Part shown: positions 37,267-48,008 of the stretch, in pieces
Numbering within the stretch: the first letter of the stretch is position 1
Layout: each line of letters begins with the position of its first letter
From: a bacterium
GTDB taxonomy: Bacteria > UBA6262 > WVXT01
Assembly (NCBI GenBank): GCA_046759165.1
Contig: JBHIBS010000007.1
Span: forward strand, 1 to 54,200
Length of the DNA stretch: 54,200 bases
Reading direction: 5' to 3'
Position numbers and translations under genes: made by a program
Notes under the pieces: generated by a model
Database searches by the model: none
The model's input: only the letters and a program-made list of their open reading frames with translations
Told to the model about the DNA's origin: nothing

Positions 37267-39199
37267 TAATGAAATTTTGTGTCTCGTTTCCAGAGGATAT
37301 ATTGATAAAATTTTTAAAAGCACGATATTTAAATCGGAAAAGAATAGATTGACCTTTCTGCCTTTAGATAATTTCACAAAAGATTACTTGGAAAAAAAAG
37401 GTTTTAAAACGATTAATTTGAAAAAATTTAGCAAGAACAGTTTTAATAATCCTTATGCGGTAGAATTTATAAATAGAATAAAGTCCAAGGATATAAAAGA
37501 TAGTAGTCTTTTAAACTCTTTATGCTATAAAGGTATCAATTTAATTGACCTAATAGATACAGAATTTTTAATCTTCTTCTTAGAGAAGTTTATCAGGCAA
37601 CTCGATGTCTCAATAAAATTAATTAGTGATTTTAGGCCAAGGAAAGTTATTATTGCAACAAACTCAGGCAACTGGGCTTCTCTATTTAATCTTAATTTTG
37701 ATGCGGTATTAGCTGAGTCGATTAAACTTGTTTCTAATTGGAAAAGTATACCAGTAATAGATATATCCTCAACAATAGGGGAGATAAAATTTGATTTGCT
37801 TTGTATTGTTCGACCATATTTAAAACTTGCCAGAGAGCTGATTTCAAGTATTAATTTGTCAGCGAAATATTTTTTAAAAAGGGAGAGAATAAATGATAGG
37901 AGGAAAGGAAAAGTTATCTTTTTAAATCACTCTTTTAGCTCCAATACAATTTTGCCAGTGATGGCGGAAATTGGAAAAAGGCAGTATTTGGTTACTCTTT
38001 TAATTCAAATATCCGGGTTTCCACATCTGGTGAGAAGTGAATATCTAAAATTTTATAGACCATGGCATTATTTTTTTCGCATTAGTGTGTTTATAGAAAT
38101 GTGTAGGGCATGGTTTTCTCTTAAGGGTAAATTAAAGAGGTTACGGCAATCTGATTTGTGGAGCAAGATAAAATATGGAAGAATTGAAATAGGTAAACTA
38201 ATTCGAAAAATATTTTTCTACTTTGCAACTACCCGACTCTTATCAGCAGTGAAATTTATAGAAATGGCTGATTTAATGTTTGGGAAGGAAAATGTAAAAT
38301 TTGTTGTGACTCCTGAGGATAGGACTCTTCCTAATAGAGCGATTTGTGCTTTAGCTTCTACTAGAAATATTCCTACACTTTTAATTCAGCGTGGTGTTTA
38401 TGGCAATCATCCCCTCTACAAGTTTCCTTTTTTAGTGGATAAGGTGGCTTTAGAAGGTGAGTGGGTAAAAAAGTTGCTTATAAATATGGGACATAGTGCT
38501 TCTAAATTTGAAATCACAGGTCAACCTGCTTATGATTTATTAAAGGAAAAATATGGCAAAATTGATCGTAGCGCTATTTACTCTAAGTATAAAATAGATA
38601 TGAAGGCTAAAATTATTTTATACACTTCACAACCCCTTGTAGAAGGGTTGTCTAACAGAAATAATATTATGCCTAAGGAGACAATTATTAGTCATAGAGA
38701 AGAAGTGCGAGAAATATGCCACTCATTATGCAATAAAAAAGGCATCATTTTACTTCTCAAACCACATCCCAATGAAAATGATGATTTACATTATCAGATT
38801 GTAAAGGAAATAGGAGCAGGGAACATAAAAGTTATTTCTAAAAGAGCTAATACATCTGAATTAATTAGTATTGCTGACCTTCTCATAACTAGACATTCTA
38901 CTACCGGAGCAGAAGCTATTGTCTTAGATAAGCCACTAATCATAGTAAATCTATTGTCCATTCCTGATAGTTTTCCCTATGTAGATTATGGGTCAGCTTT
39001 AGGTGTCTATAGAAAAGAGAATATTTGGCTGGCAGTTGAGTCTATTTTCCAAGATAAACAAGTTAACGAGAGATTGAAAGAAGGAAGAATGCGTTTTATA
39101 AGAGATTTTGCTTACAAATTAGATGGAAAATCCTCAAGAAGAATTGCCGCACTAATAGAAAGCATGCTAAAAGAATCTGAGGAAACCGTTGAAAACTGA
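37256..39199 (+). CDS. GT-B fold transferase, candidate nonulosonate transferase
   Basis: TGQPAYD; LKPHPNE; STTGAEA; DGKSSRRI; located in the neu cluster. Confidence 0.6.
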   Translation: MLNDNEILCLVSRGYIDKIFKSTIFKSEKNRLTFLPLDNFTKDYLEKKGFKTINLKKFSKNSFNNPYAVEFINRIKSKDIKDSSLLNSLCYKGINLIDLIDTEFLIFFLEKFIRQLDVSIKLISDFRPRKVIIATNSGNWASLFNLNFDAVLAESIKLVSNWKSIPVIDISSTIGEIKFDLLCIVRPYLKLARELISSINLSAKYFLKRERINDRRKGKVIFLNHSFSSNTILPVMAEIGKRQYLVTLLIQISGFPHLVRSEYLKFYRPWHYFFRISVFIEMCRAWFSLKGKLKRLRQSDLWSKIKYGRIEIGKLIRKIFFYFATTRLLSAVKFIEMADLMFGKENVKFVVTPEDRTLPNRAICALASTRNIPTLLIQRGVYGNHPLYKFPFLVDKVALEGEWVKKLLINMGHSASKFEITGQPAYDLLKEKYGKIDRSAIYSKYKIDMKAKIILYTSQPLVEGLSNRNNIMPKETIISHREEVREICHSLCNKKGIILLLKPHPNENDDLHYQIVKEIGAGNIKVISKRANTSELISIADLLITRHSTTGAEAIVLDKPLIIVNLLSIPDSFPYVDYGSALGVYRKENIWLAVESIFQDKQVNERLKEGRMRFIRDFAYKLDGKSSRRIAALIESMLKESEETVEN

Positions 39200-39605
39200 A
39201 ACCATAAGTTTTAATGGAATAGACTATGCTCTTATCTTAAGAAAAGGTCTCAGTGTGGAAAAATCAATTTTTTTCACTAAGCCTGATAATTCCTTGCAAT
39301 TAGGAATCATAAGACATAAAGCAGGTTATATTGAAAATCCCCATATTCATAGAAAGGTTAAAATTCTTCCTAATATTCAACAAGTTTTATATATAAACAA
39401 GGGTGTGGTAGCGATAGATTTTTTTGATAAAGGAGGTAAAAAGCTGGGAAAGACTACTTTGAAGAGAGGAGATACAGTTCTTATTATGTCCGGCGGTCAT
39501 GCTATTAGAGTATTAGAAAATTTGGAATGTCTGACAGTTAAACAAGGACCTTATGTAGGTATTGAGGGAGATAAAATAGATTTAATTCAGGAAGGTAAAA
39601 TATGA
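39189..39605 (+). CDS. WbuC-like cupin protein
   Basis: PHIH; GGHA; KQGPY; overlaps the aminotransferase gene. Confidence 0.75.
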   Translation: MKTETISFNGIDYALILRKGLSVEKSIFFTKPDNSLQLGIIRHKAGYIENPHIHRKVKILPNIQQVLYINKGVVAIDFFDKGGKKLGKTTLKRGDTVLIMSGGHAIRVLENLECLTVKQGPYVGIEGDKIDLIQEGKI

Positions 39606-40741
39606 TTCCTGTTTGTGCACCATTATTAGGTGAAGAAGAAATTCAGAATGTTATGAAGGCCTTAAAGAATAATCAAATTTCTGGAACATTTGGGGAATAT
39701 ATAGATGAATTCGAGAAGAAATTTAGCGAATATTGTGGATGTAAATATGGTGTGGCAACTACTAGTGGAACTACTGCCTTACATTTGGCTCTTGCCTCTC
39801 TTGATATAAAGAGGGGTGATGAGGTAATATTGTCAACATTAACAAATATAGCTACGGCATATGCAGTGGTATATTGTAATGCTACGCCAGTTACAGTTGA
39901 TTCTGAGCCAGTAACCTGGAATATAGACCCTAGAAAGATTGAACAGAAAATTACTGAAAATACAAAAGTTATACTACCAGTACATATATACGGTCATCCT
40001 TGCAATATGGAGCTAATAGTAAAGATTGCCAGGAAATATAATCTTTATGTAGTTGAAGATGCGGCTGAAGCACATGGAGCAGAATATTTTTCTAAAGAGA
40101 ATAGAAAATGGCAAAAAGTGGGAGCTATTGGCGATATTGGTTGTTTTAGTTTTTACTCTAATAAAATAATTACTACTGGTGAAGGAGGTATGATTGTTAC
40201 GAATAATAAGGAGATTTGTGAAAAGGCAAAATTACTTAGAAATTTGGCTTTTTCTAAGAATGTGAGATTCAAGCATGATTATTTAGGATTTAATTATCGT
40301 ATGACAAATTTACAGGCAGCCATCGGTGGAGCTCAGGTAGATAGAATTGATGAGATTATTGATAAGAAGAGATATATAGCAAAGTGCTATAGCGAAGGTT
40401 TAGCCAGTGTTGAAGGCATCACTTTACCTGTGGAAATGGAATGGGCTAAAAATGTTTACTGGATGTATTCCATATTAGTAGAGAGAGAGTTTGCTCTTAG
40501 CCGGGATGAACTTATTGAGAAATTAAGAGAAAAAGGTGTGGAGACTAGGACATTTTTTATTCCTATGAATAAGCAGCCTGTATTTCAAAAAATGGGTTTA
40601 TTTAAAGATGAAAGATGTCCTGTTGCTGAAGAATTATCACAAAAGGGTTTATATCTACCATCAGGGGTCGGCTTGAAAGAGGAAGAGATTGACTATGTAA
40701 TTAATACCATAAGAGAAATCTCCCAAAAAAGGGATAGGTAG
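39602..40741 (+). CDS. DegT/DnrJ aminotransferase, perosamine synthase-like
   Basis: SGTTALHLAL; EDAAEAHG; SFYSNKIITTGEGG; GFNYRMTNLQAA; gmd in the same operon. Confidence 0.9.
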   Translation: MIPVCAPLLGEEEIQNVMKALKNNQISGTFGEYIDEFEKKFSEYCGCKYGVATTSGTTALHLALASLDIKRGDEVILSTLTNIATAYAVVYCNATPVTVDSEPVTWNIDPRKIEQKITENTKVILPVHIYGHPCNMELIVKIARKYNLYVVEDAAEAHGAEYFSKENRKWQKVGAIGDIGCFSFYSNKIITTGEGGMIVTNNKEICEKAKLLRNLAFSKNVRFKHDYLGFNYRMTNLQAAIGGAQVDRIDEIIDKKRYIAKCYSEGLASVEGITLPVEMEWAKNVYWMYSILVEREFALSRDELIEKLREKGVETRTFFIPMNKQPVFQKMGLFKDERCPVAEELSQKGLYLPSGVGLKEEEIDYVINTIREISQKRDR

Positions 40742-40852
40742 GTCACCCTTTCCCGACCCCATTCCGGTATCGGGACAGGGCAGAGTGACGCATGAGCTGG
40801 TCGGTCACACTTTAGGGTGACGAAAGACAGCACTCTGAAGAATATGTCCAAC
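40738..40852. repeat. REP cluster: REP with 30-nt insert, empty REP, inverted degenerate REP
   Basis: gtaggtcacccttt[insert]agagtgac; gtcggtcacactttagggtgac (40800-40821); gcactctgaagaatatgtccaac (40830-40852). Confidence 0.75.
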
Positions 40853-40874
40853 CAAGATAGGCTGCTGCTTCTAA

Positions 40875-42122
40875 TTGATGAAAGAGAAAAAATTAAAGAG
40901 AATCATTTTATTCTGTAAAGAACTTACGGGTGTTGGTGGAGGCGAGCGTTTGATGTTTGAGGAAGCCCAATTTTTTAAAAATCAAAATATAGATGTAAAG
41001 ATATTGACTTTTAAATTTGACAGAGAAGTCTTATTTGATAATTCTTTTGATATTAATATAGAAGAAGTTAAATATAAACATTACTGTTTTCTTCCATTTA
41101 GGCTGATAAGTAAAATTTTTTCTCTTAGAAAAAAAATTAAAGAATTAGGTCCGGACTTGATCAATGCTCACTACTTTTTTGATACTATTTATCTTTTTTG
41201 GTCAACATTATTTACTGGCATTCCTTACACAACTCATATGCACGTTACTATTTTTTGGTATGAAAATGAAAGAAGTTTGTTGAAATACGCCTTAGTTCAT
41301 AGAAAAGCCTTTAGAGAAATAATAAATTCAGTTCCCGGACACAGAGATTTTACTCCTCTGGAGCCTCCTGAGCGGACTATTTTCTTCTGGATTAAAAATG
41401 AAATCATAGCAATTCTTCTTTATTTAGGCATTAAAGGAGCTAGAAAGATATTTGTTCATTCAAAGCAAATGCAGTGGGAAACAGAAAAGTTGTATAGAAA
41501 AAAAGCTGTTTCATTGAAGGGGGCTTTCCATACTGACATTTTTAATTATAAAGTTAAGAAAAATGTACACGCACACCTAGGATTAAATGGGAAAAAAATG
41601 ATTTTCCATATGAGTAGATTAGATCCCAGAAAACGGATCGATTTACTTTTAAGGGCTTTTAAAAAGATTTCTCTTTTGAGAGATGATGTCTGGTTAGTTA
41701 TCGGAGGAAAAGGAAGTGATGAAACTCGGCTTAAAAATTTAGTTAGAGACTTAAATATAACAGATAGAATTATTTTTCTGGGATATATTCCAGAGCAAGA
41801 GTTATGGGATTACTATGCCTCCTGTGATATTTTTGCTTATCCGGAGTGGATTGACTTTTCACTTTGTCCTTATGAGGCATTGGCGTTTGGGAAAAAATCG
41901 ATATGGGCTAGTGAGATGGAAATAGATGATAATCTTAAAAAGAGCAGGCTGATTTTTCAGGTTGACCCCACTCCAGATGAGTTTGCTAAAGCAATAGAAC
42001 GAGCCTTAGAAATTACAGTGAATGAGAAAAGAGGGGAAGATATTTTGAGAGGATATACCTGGGAACGGTATTTTAACCAATTGCAAAAGGGAATGAGAGA
42101 AGTAATTATAGGCGGTGCTTAA
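40875..42122 (+). CDS. Glycosyltransferase family 4
   Basis: GGGER; SRLDPRKRID; EALAFGK. Confidence 0.88.
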   Translation: MMKEKKLKRIILFCKELTGVGGGERLMFEEAQFFKNQNIDVKILTFKFDREVLFDNSFDINIEEVKYKHYCFLPFRLISKIFSLRKKIKELGPDLINAHYFFDTIYLFWSTLFTGIPYTTHMHVTIFWYENERSLLKYALVHRKAFREIINSVPGHRDFTPLEPPERTIFFWIKNEIIAILLYLGIKGARKIFVHSKQMQWETEKLYRKKAVSLKGAFHTDIFNYKVKKNVHAHLGLNGKKMIFHMSRLDPRKRIDLLLRAFKKISLLRDDVWLVIGGKGSDETRLKNLVRDLNITDRIIFLGYIPEQELWDYYASCDIFAYPEWIDFSLCPYEALAFGKKSIWASEMEIDDNLKKSRLIFQVDPTPDEFAKAIERALEITVNEKRGEDILRGYTWERYFNQLQKGMREVIIGGA

Positions 42123-43245
42123 GAGGATTTGCTTAAGTAAATTGAAGATAATTTTTTGCTTTAAAAAACCTGATGATTTGTCAACCGGTGGCGTGAGACA
42201 AATAGCTGATGTGATAAGATATTTTAATAAGTTAGATATTTCTATTGGATTTATAGATAAGAGACCATTGTTTAAAAGTGTTATTAATGATATCTGGAAG
42301 AATTTCTGGTATATTTCAAAATTCCATAAGATAAAAGGGAAAAATATAATAGTAGAGGATTATTCTAAACGCTACTCTTTTTTTCTGTTTAATAGCTTTA
42401 TTTCCTTATTCTATAGTAAGAAATTTCATTTGGTTGGCATAGTACAAGCCTTTTATTTTAATTATAGAACTTCAGGGCTAAAAAATTTTATGGATAAGTT
42501 ACTTAGTTACCTTTTTCTGAAAGGTTTAGATGTAATTATTACCAGCGGAAAAGCAGCCCAAGACGAACTTGTCAAATTGAGAATTCCTCTGCATAAGATT
42601 AATAATGTATATTTAGCAACCAGAGAGAGATTTGCAAAAAATGTAGATGGAACATTAGATTGTAGTACAAGTAAGAGAATATTATTTGTTGGCCGTGTGG
42701 ATCCAGTGAAAGGAATAGAATATTTAATTGAAGCGATCAATATTTTGAAAAAGAAAGACTTAAAACTAACTATAGTCGGGGATTTTAAGCAAAATACAGA
42801 ATATAGCAGGAAGATATTTGATAAAGTAAAAGAATTTGGTATTGAGAATAAGATAGTATTTGTTGGTAAAATTAAAGATGATTCACAATTAGTTGAGTTT
42901 TATAAATCTTCCAATATCCTTGTTCTCCCATCAGTGTGGGATACTTCACCAATCACATTAGTAGAAGCAATGTGTTTTGGATTACCTATTGTGGCTACTA
43001 AAGTAGGAGGTATACCAGAATATGTAGAAAATGGAGTAAATGGAATATTGGTGCCTCCTAAGGATTCTCAAGCATTGGCCAAAGCAGTTTCTTTATTAAT
43101 TGATAATTACAATTTAAGGAAAAAATTAAGCGATGGCTCTTTTGAAAAGTCTTTTAAATATCGTAATAGAACCTGGGAAGTCGTGGGTAAAGAATATTAC
43201 GAAATTCTCTCGGAATTATGGGTAAAGGAAGAAAAAAATGATTGA
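42115..43245 (+). CDS. Glycosyltransferase family 4
   Basis: FVGRVDPVKG; EAMCFGLPIVATKVGGIPE. Confidence 0.92.
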   Translation: MLKRICLSKLKIIFCFKKPDDLSTGGVRQIADVIRYFNKLDISIGFIDKRPLFKSVINDIWKNFWYISKFHKIKGKNIIVEDYSKRYSFFLFNSFISLFYSKKFHLVGIVQAFYFNYRTSGLKNFMDKLLSYLFLKGLDVIITSGKAAQDELVKLRIPLHKINNVYLATRERFAKNVDGTLDCSTSKRILFVGRVDPVKGIEYLIEAINILKKKDLKLTIVGDFKQNTEYSRKIFDKVKEFGIENKIVFVGKIKDDSQLVEFYKSSNILVLPSVWDTSPITLVEAMCFGLPIVATKVGGIPEYVENGVNGILVPPKDSQALAKAVSLLIDNYNLRKKLSDGSFEKSFKYRNRTWEVVGKEYYEILSELWVKEEKND

Positions 43246-44671
43246 GGCGTTTGGATTTTTTGTAGTGTTTATTATTTCAGTTTTAATTATCAAATTATTT
43301 TCAAAGTCATTACCCCTAAATCTCGATGTAACTATGAAGAATAGACTAATTTTTATTGTAATCTTAGCCATTGTTCTGAAGCTTGTGATTGTAGGAGTAT
43401 GGTATTTAAATGTAGGACATTCTTTTTATATGTATAGTGATTTGTCTACGAGAGATTCCGGCTTTTACGATTGGTCAGGCCAATATTTGGCAAATTACTT
43501 TAGACAAGGTATATTGTTTAGACAAGAATTTCTCAATCTTTATGGGGACAGTTTAGGATTTCCCTATTATGTAGGGTTAATTTATGCTTTTTTCGGCCAT
43601 CATCAGATAATGGTTTCAATATTTAATACTTTAGCGTCAGTAGTATTGGCTCTTTTAATGTTTCATATTGCTTTGACTCTTTTTAATAATCGAAAGATTG
43701 CTTTCTGGACATTGATTTTCAATCTATTTTACTCTCATTATGTATCTCAATCTTATTATTTATTAAAGGATATGTTTTTGGTCTTTTTAATAGTTATTTT
43801 CTGCTGGCTATTTATGAAGATTGGAAAAAATAGAATTAATTTACTTAATTATTTTGGGTTGTTTGTAGTTACAATAGGGATTTATTTTATACGTTCACTT
43901 ACAGTTTTAATATTAATAGGGCTGGGTGGATTACATTTGATATTAGGGTTAGGTCTTAAAGAGAGAAAAGTTCTTAAATCTATACTCGTTTTGTTGATTT
44001 GTTTAACTGCCATAATTGGACTTGGGAGATTGTCACCTCGTGGTAGAACTACTTTTGAGAAGATCGAATATTTCAGCACAGAGGAATATAGAGGAGAAGA
44101 ATCAACTCCTGCTTATTTAAGAGGAACAAGAGGAACGAAAGAAATAATATCGAGTATTGGATCCAGTCCTTTAAATGCATTCAAAGACCTTATAAGAAGT
44201 GTAATTTTAATCTATTGGGGACCAACTTACTTTTATCAGCGTTCTGGAGCAAATCTATTTTATGCATATGGTAGGTTTGTCTTCTGGGAAAACTTAGGGG
44301 GTTTAATGCGGATCTTTTTAATGCCCATGGTAATATTTGGATTTTTTTATTGTTTGAGGAAGAAAAAAAGTGAGTCATTTTTATTTTATAGTTTCGTTGT
44401 AATTTGGACAGTTGTTATGATGCTTACTGGTAATGCTGAACGCTGGGCGTTGAGTTTAATGCCATTTGTACTTATGTTTGGAGCAGTAGGTGTAGTTAAT
44501 TTTAATAAAATTAAGCCGTTCTATATACCTTATTTACTCTTATTTAACCTGCTAATAGCAGCCAATATTACTTTACATGAATCATTGATTGTAGCAAAGC
44601 CCTTATTTATTTTGACTTCGTTAGGTTTATTATGGGGAATATGTAGATATAGACAAGCACTGCGTAAATGA
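43238..44671 (+). CDS. Polytopic membrane protein, candidate Wzy polymerase (GT-C)
   Basis: More than ten hydrophobic segments; DSGFYD, LLKD and GNAER motifs; large periplasmic loop. Confidence 0.65.
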   Translation: MIEAFGFFVVFIISVLIIKLFSKSLPLNLDVTMKNRLIFIVILAIVLKLVIVGVWYLNVGHSFYMYSDLSTRDSGFYDWSGQYLANYFRQGILFRQEFLNLYGDSLGFPYYVGLIYAFFGHHQIMVSIFNTLASVVLALLMFHIALTLFNNRKIAFWTLIFNLFYSHYVSQSYYLLKDMFLVFLIVIFCWLFMKIGKNRINLLNYFGLFVVTIGIYFIRSLTVLILIGLGGLHLILGLGLKERKVLKSILVLLICLTAIIGLGRLSPRGRTTFEKIEYFSTEEYRGEESTPAYLRGTRGTKEIISSIGSSPLNAFKDLIRSVILIYWGPTYFYQRSGANLFYAYGRFVFWENLGGLMRIFLMPMVIFGFFYCLRKKKSESFLFYSFVVIWTVVMMLTGNAERWALSLMPFVLMFGAVGVVNFNKIKPFYIPYLLLFNLLIAANITLHESLIVAKPLFILTSLGLLWGICRYRQALRK

Positions 44672-44805
44672 AGATATATTATTTAGGAAAAAACATTGAG
44701 GATATAGTTACAGGATGTAGGAAAAAAATATCATTAATTACTGATAAAATCAAGAGTTAAGAATTATCAATTAAGAGTTTGCAATTCTAAACCTTTGGTT
44801 CATAG

Positions 44806-45945
44806 ATGAATATATTAATACTCTCTACTGATTATAAGCCACATTTTGGAGGTATAGCAGAGCACACTTATCAAGTTGCCAGGAGTCTTTATAAAAGTGG
44901 TACAAATGTAATTGTATTAGCTCCTTTTATAAAAGGATGTAGTAGTTTCGATAATAAGCAAGGATTTAAAACTTATAGAGTCCCAAATATCCCTATTTTA
45001 AGAGGGGTGTTATTTTTCCTAAGTGCACTATTTCTTTGCTGTAGATTCCAAATTGATTATATATATGTTAGCATAACATTTCTTTGTGGTGAAATTGCTT
45101 ATATTTTATCATACATTTCAAAATTAAAATACATAGTAGCTATTCATGGTTATGAAGTGATGTGTGCAAAAGATACATTCCGAGCTAAGATTAGAATTTT
45201 ATTAAAACCCCTCCAGCTACATGTATATAATAAAGCATATAGAATATTTGCTGTTAGTAATTTCACAAAGAGTAAACTCGAAGAATTTGGTGTGTCTTCT
45301 CAAAAAATCAGGGTAGTTAATAATGGTGTAGATTTAGATAAATTTAATACAAGAAAAAAACATCTGGGATATATCAAGCGATATAACCTAAATGGGAATA
45401 AAATTATCCTTACAGTTGCAAGATTAACTGAAGATAAAGGACATGACATGGTAATAAAATCATTGCCAGAAGTGCTTAAACGTGTACCCAAAGTTACATA
45501 TCTTATTGCAGGCATAGGTCCGCGAAGGACCTTTTTAGAATCGTTAGTAAAAGAAATGGGTATTCAACAAAATGTGATTTTTCTAGGCTATGTTCCTGAG
45601 AATGAATTACCAATGCTATATAATACCTGCAATGTTTTTATTTTAACTAGTAGACCTTTGGGTAGATGTGTGGAAGGATTTGGCATAGTATTCCTTGAAG
45701 CAGGAGCTTGCAAAAAACCTGTTATTGGAGAGAATTCTGGAGGTATTCCCGACGCAGTTATTAATGGTAAAACAGGGATATTGGTGAATTCAAATAACTC
45801 AGGTGAAATAGTAAAGGCTTTGATTTCTTTGCTTTCTGACCATAACCTGGCTAAAAAATTGGGAGACAATGGCTATAAAAGAATAGTAAAAGAACTAACT
45901 TGGAATAAAATCGGTTTAAATATGATGAAGGAAATCGAGATTTAA
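44806..45945 (+). CDS. Glycosyltransferase family 4
   Basis: GGIA; VARL..KG; EGFGIVFLEA..GGIPDAV. Confidence 0.93.
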   Translation: MNILILSTDYKPHFGGIAEHTYQVARSLYKSGTNVIVLAPFIKGCSSFDNKQGFKTYRVPNIPILRGVLFFLSALFLCCRFQIDYIYVSITFLCGEIAYILSYISKLKYIVAIHGYEVMCAKDTFRAKIRILLKPLQLHVYNKAYRIFAVSNFTKSKLEEFGVSSQKIRVVNNGVDLDKFNTRKKHLGYIKRYNLNGNKIILTVARLTEDKGHDMVIKSLPEVLKRVPKVTYLIAGIGPRRTFLESLVKEMGIQQNVIFLGYVPENELPMLYNTCNVFILTSRPLGRCVEGFGIVFLEAGACKKPVIGENSGGIPDAVINGKTGILVNSNNSGEIVKALISLLSDHNLAKKLGDNGYKRIVKELTWNKIGLNMMKEIEI

Positions 45946-45951
45946 TATAAG

Positions 45952-46818
45952 ATGAATATAAAAATCTATAGAGACTTTCTTGAGCAGTTGGGATATAAGA
46001 TTGTCCAGACGGAAAGTGGTTATTGGTATAACCATGGGAAATTCATCTACTTTAATCTCCCTTTTTTCAAACCGGTTAACCCTTCAAAAATGGAAATTAA
46101 AAAGCTTTTTTTAAATCCTACGTGCTGGGGAGTGAGATTTTCGACTACTGGTAATCTAAATGGAAAAGAAAGCTTTATGTGGGTATGTAGGGATAAGTCT
46201 TATGGATTAAAAAATCTTAAATCTAAAGCCCGTAATCAAACCAGGAGAGGTTTGGAGAACTGTGAAGTTGAAAAGATAACTCTTGAACGCTTACATAGGT
46301 ACTCTGGAGAAATTGACGCTGACACATTAAAAAGACAAGGGAGAAAAATCAATACAGAATATTGGAAACACCATCACAAAATTGCCTCTCGTTTTCCTGG
46401 ATTTGAAGCTTTTGGTGCTTTGGTTAATAAAAAATTAGTGGCTTATACTATTACATTTCAAATGGATGATTGTTGTAATATACTCATGCTTAGGTCCTTG
46501 CGTGATTATCTAAAGTATTATCCGAATAATTCTCTGTTATACAGTGTAATAAAAATGATGCTTTCCAGGCCTGAGGTATCCATGGTATTTTTTGGAGCAG
46601 AATCTCTTAAAAGAGATATGGAGTCCTTAAGACATTTTAAAGAATCTATGGGTTTTGTTAAAGAGTATATTAAACAAAGAGGAATTATTCATCCACTTAT
46701 TAGTTCTTTTGTGAAACGTTTTTCAGCTAACAGTAAAATATTTGAGCCGTTTGATAAATATTTAAAGGGAAAAGATAAGTGGGAAAAATTCTTGGGATTC
46801 GTTCAGATCTGTAAGTAA
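45952..46818 (+). CDS. GNAT/FemAB-like acyltransferase
   Basis: KARNQTRRGL; YPNNSL; LRHFKESMGF. Confidence 0.65.
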   Translation: MNIKIYRDFLEQLGYKIVQTESGYWYNHGKFIYFNLPFFKPVNPSKMEIKKLFLNPTCWGVRFSTTGNLNGKESFMWVCRDKSYGLKNLKSKARNQTRRGLENCEVEKITLERLHRYSGEIDADTLKRQGRKINTEYWKHHHKIASRFPGFEAFGALVNKKLVAYTITFQMDDCCNILMLRSLRDYLKYYPNNSLLYSVIKMMLSRPEVSMVFFGAESLKRDMESLRHFKESMGFVKEYIKQRGIIHPLISSFVKRFSANSKIFEPFDKYLKGKDKWEKFLGFVQICK

Positions 46819-47990
46819 TGAAAAAATTAAACATTCTTTTATTGACTCCTTATTTTTGTGCCGGAGGAAAAGGGAAAAGTTCTCCAACCCCTAGCGGTTA
46901 TGAGCCCATTTCGTTCGGGGGAACTGATTTGTCTACTTTGTCATTAGCTGAGGGATTCAAAGTAAGGGGGCATAATGTTTATGTGATGTTTGCAGACAGC
47001 GGCTTACCTGAGGAATTTACTAATCGGAAAATATCTTATATTTTAGCACCCGTTGATAAAAGAACTCCCTGGGGCATATTGGTTGGAGCGTATCATATTA
47101 AAAAAATTATAATCGAAAATAAAATCGAGATAATTCATTCCCAGACGGTTATTCCGACACTCATGGCTTATTTAGCAAAGCTTATTACAAAAAAAGCAAA
47201 CTTCAAAATCATCTGGCACTGCCGTGGGATAAAAGATCATAATTATCTTGTAATAGGACGACTTTTCAATTATTTAGTTGATTTTGTAATTGCTAATTGT
47301 AATTTTGAAAGGAATAGATTAATAAAAGGTGGACTTTCACCATGGAAAATTAAGACGATTTATAACTGTTTGAATATTCCTTTTCCGGACAGGATAGATA
47401 AGGATGGGAAACTAATTAAAGAAATTGGAATCAGGGAAGGCATACCCGTTATAGGAACTGTGGCGCGGTTAGATTCAGATAGAGGCATTGAATATTTTTT
47501 GCAAGCAGCAGCAATGGTTAAGAAAAATTTAAATAATGTAAAATTTTTCATTGTGGGTGGGGGTCCATACGCAAATATCTTTCTAAAACAAGCTCTTGAT
47601 TTGGGAATAAAAGAAGATGTCTTTTTTTTAGGAGCGCGTCGTGATGTTGGAAGAATTTATCCGATTTTGGATATATTTGTTAATCCCCGTGCACTGGAAA
47701 CAGGAACTGGTAATGCCAATGCAGAGGCAATGGCATACGGCAGGTCTGTTATTGCCTGTAGTTCTGGAGGAGTGCCGGAATTGGTTAAAAACGATGTTAC
47801 AGGAATCTTAGTACCTTCGAAAGATTCAAAAAAATTAGCCGAGGCAATTGTATATCTATTGCAAAACAAAGAAACATCTGAAAGAATAGGTCAAGCGGGA
47901 AGGCAACTAATCAAGGAGTATTTTACTCAAGAAAGGCTAATGCGGGAGATGGAAGAAGTTTATTGTCAAGTACTAAATAATTCTTTTTAA
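46818..47990 (+). CDS. Glycosyltransferase family 4
   Basis: GTVARL; EAMAYG..GGVPELV..TGILV. Confidence 0.92.
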   Translation: MKKLNILLLTPYFCAGGKGKSSPTPSGYEPISFGGTDLSTLSLAEGFKVRGHNVYVMFADSGLPEEFTNRKISYILAPVDKRTPWGILVGAYHIKKIIIENKIEIIHSQTVIPTLMAYLAKLITKKANFKIIWHCRGIKDHNYLVIGRLFNYLVDFVIANCNFERNRLIKGGLSPWKIKTIYNCLNIPFPDRIDKDGKLIKEIGIREGIPVIGTVARLDSDRGIEYFLQAAAMVKKNLNNVKFFIVGGGPYANIFLKQALDLGIKEDVFFLGARRDVGRIYPILDIFVNPRALETGTGNANAEAMAYGRSVIACSSGGVPELVKNDVTGILVPSKDSKKLAEAIVYLLQNKETSERIGQAGRQLIKEYFTQERLMREMEEVYCQVLNNSF

Positions 47991-48008
47991 TTTTTATCCA
48001 GGTTCATT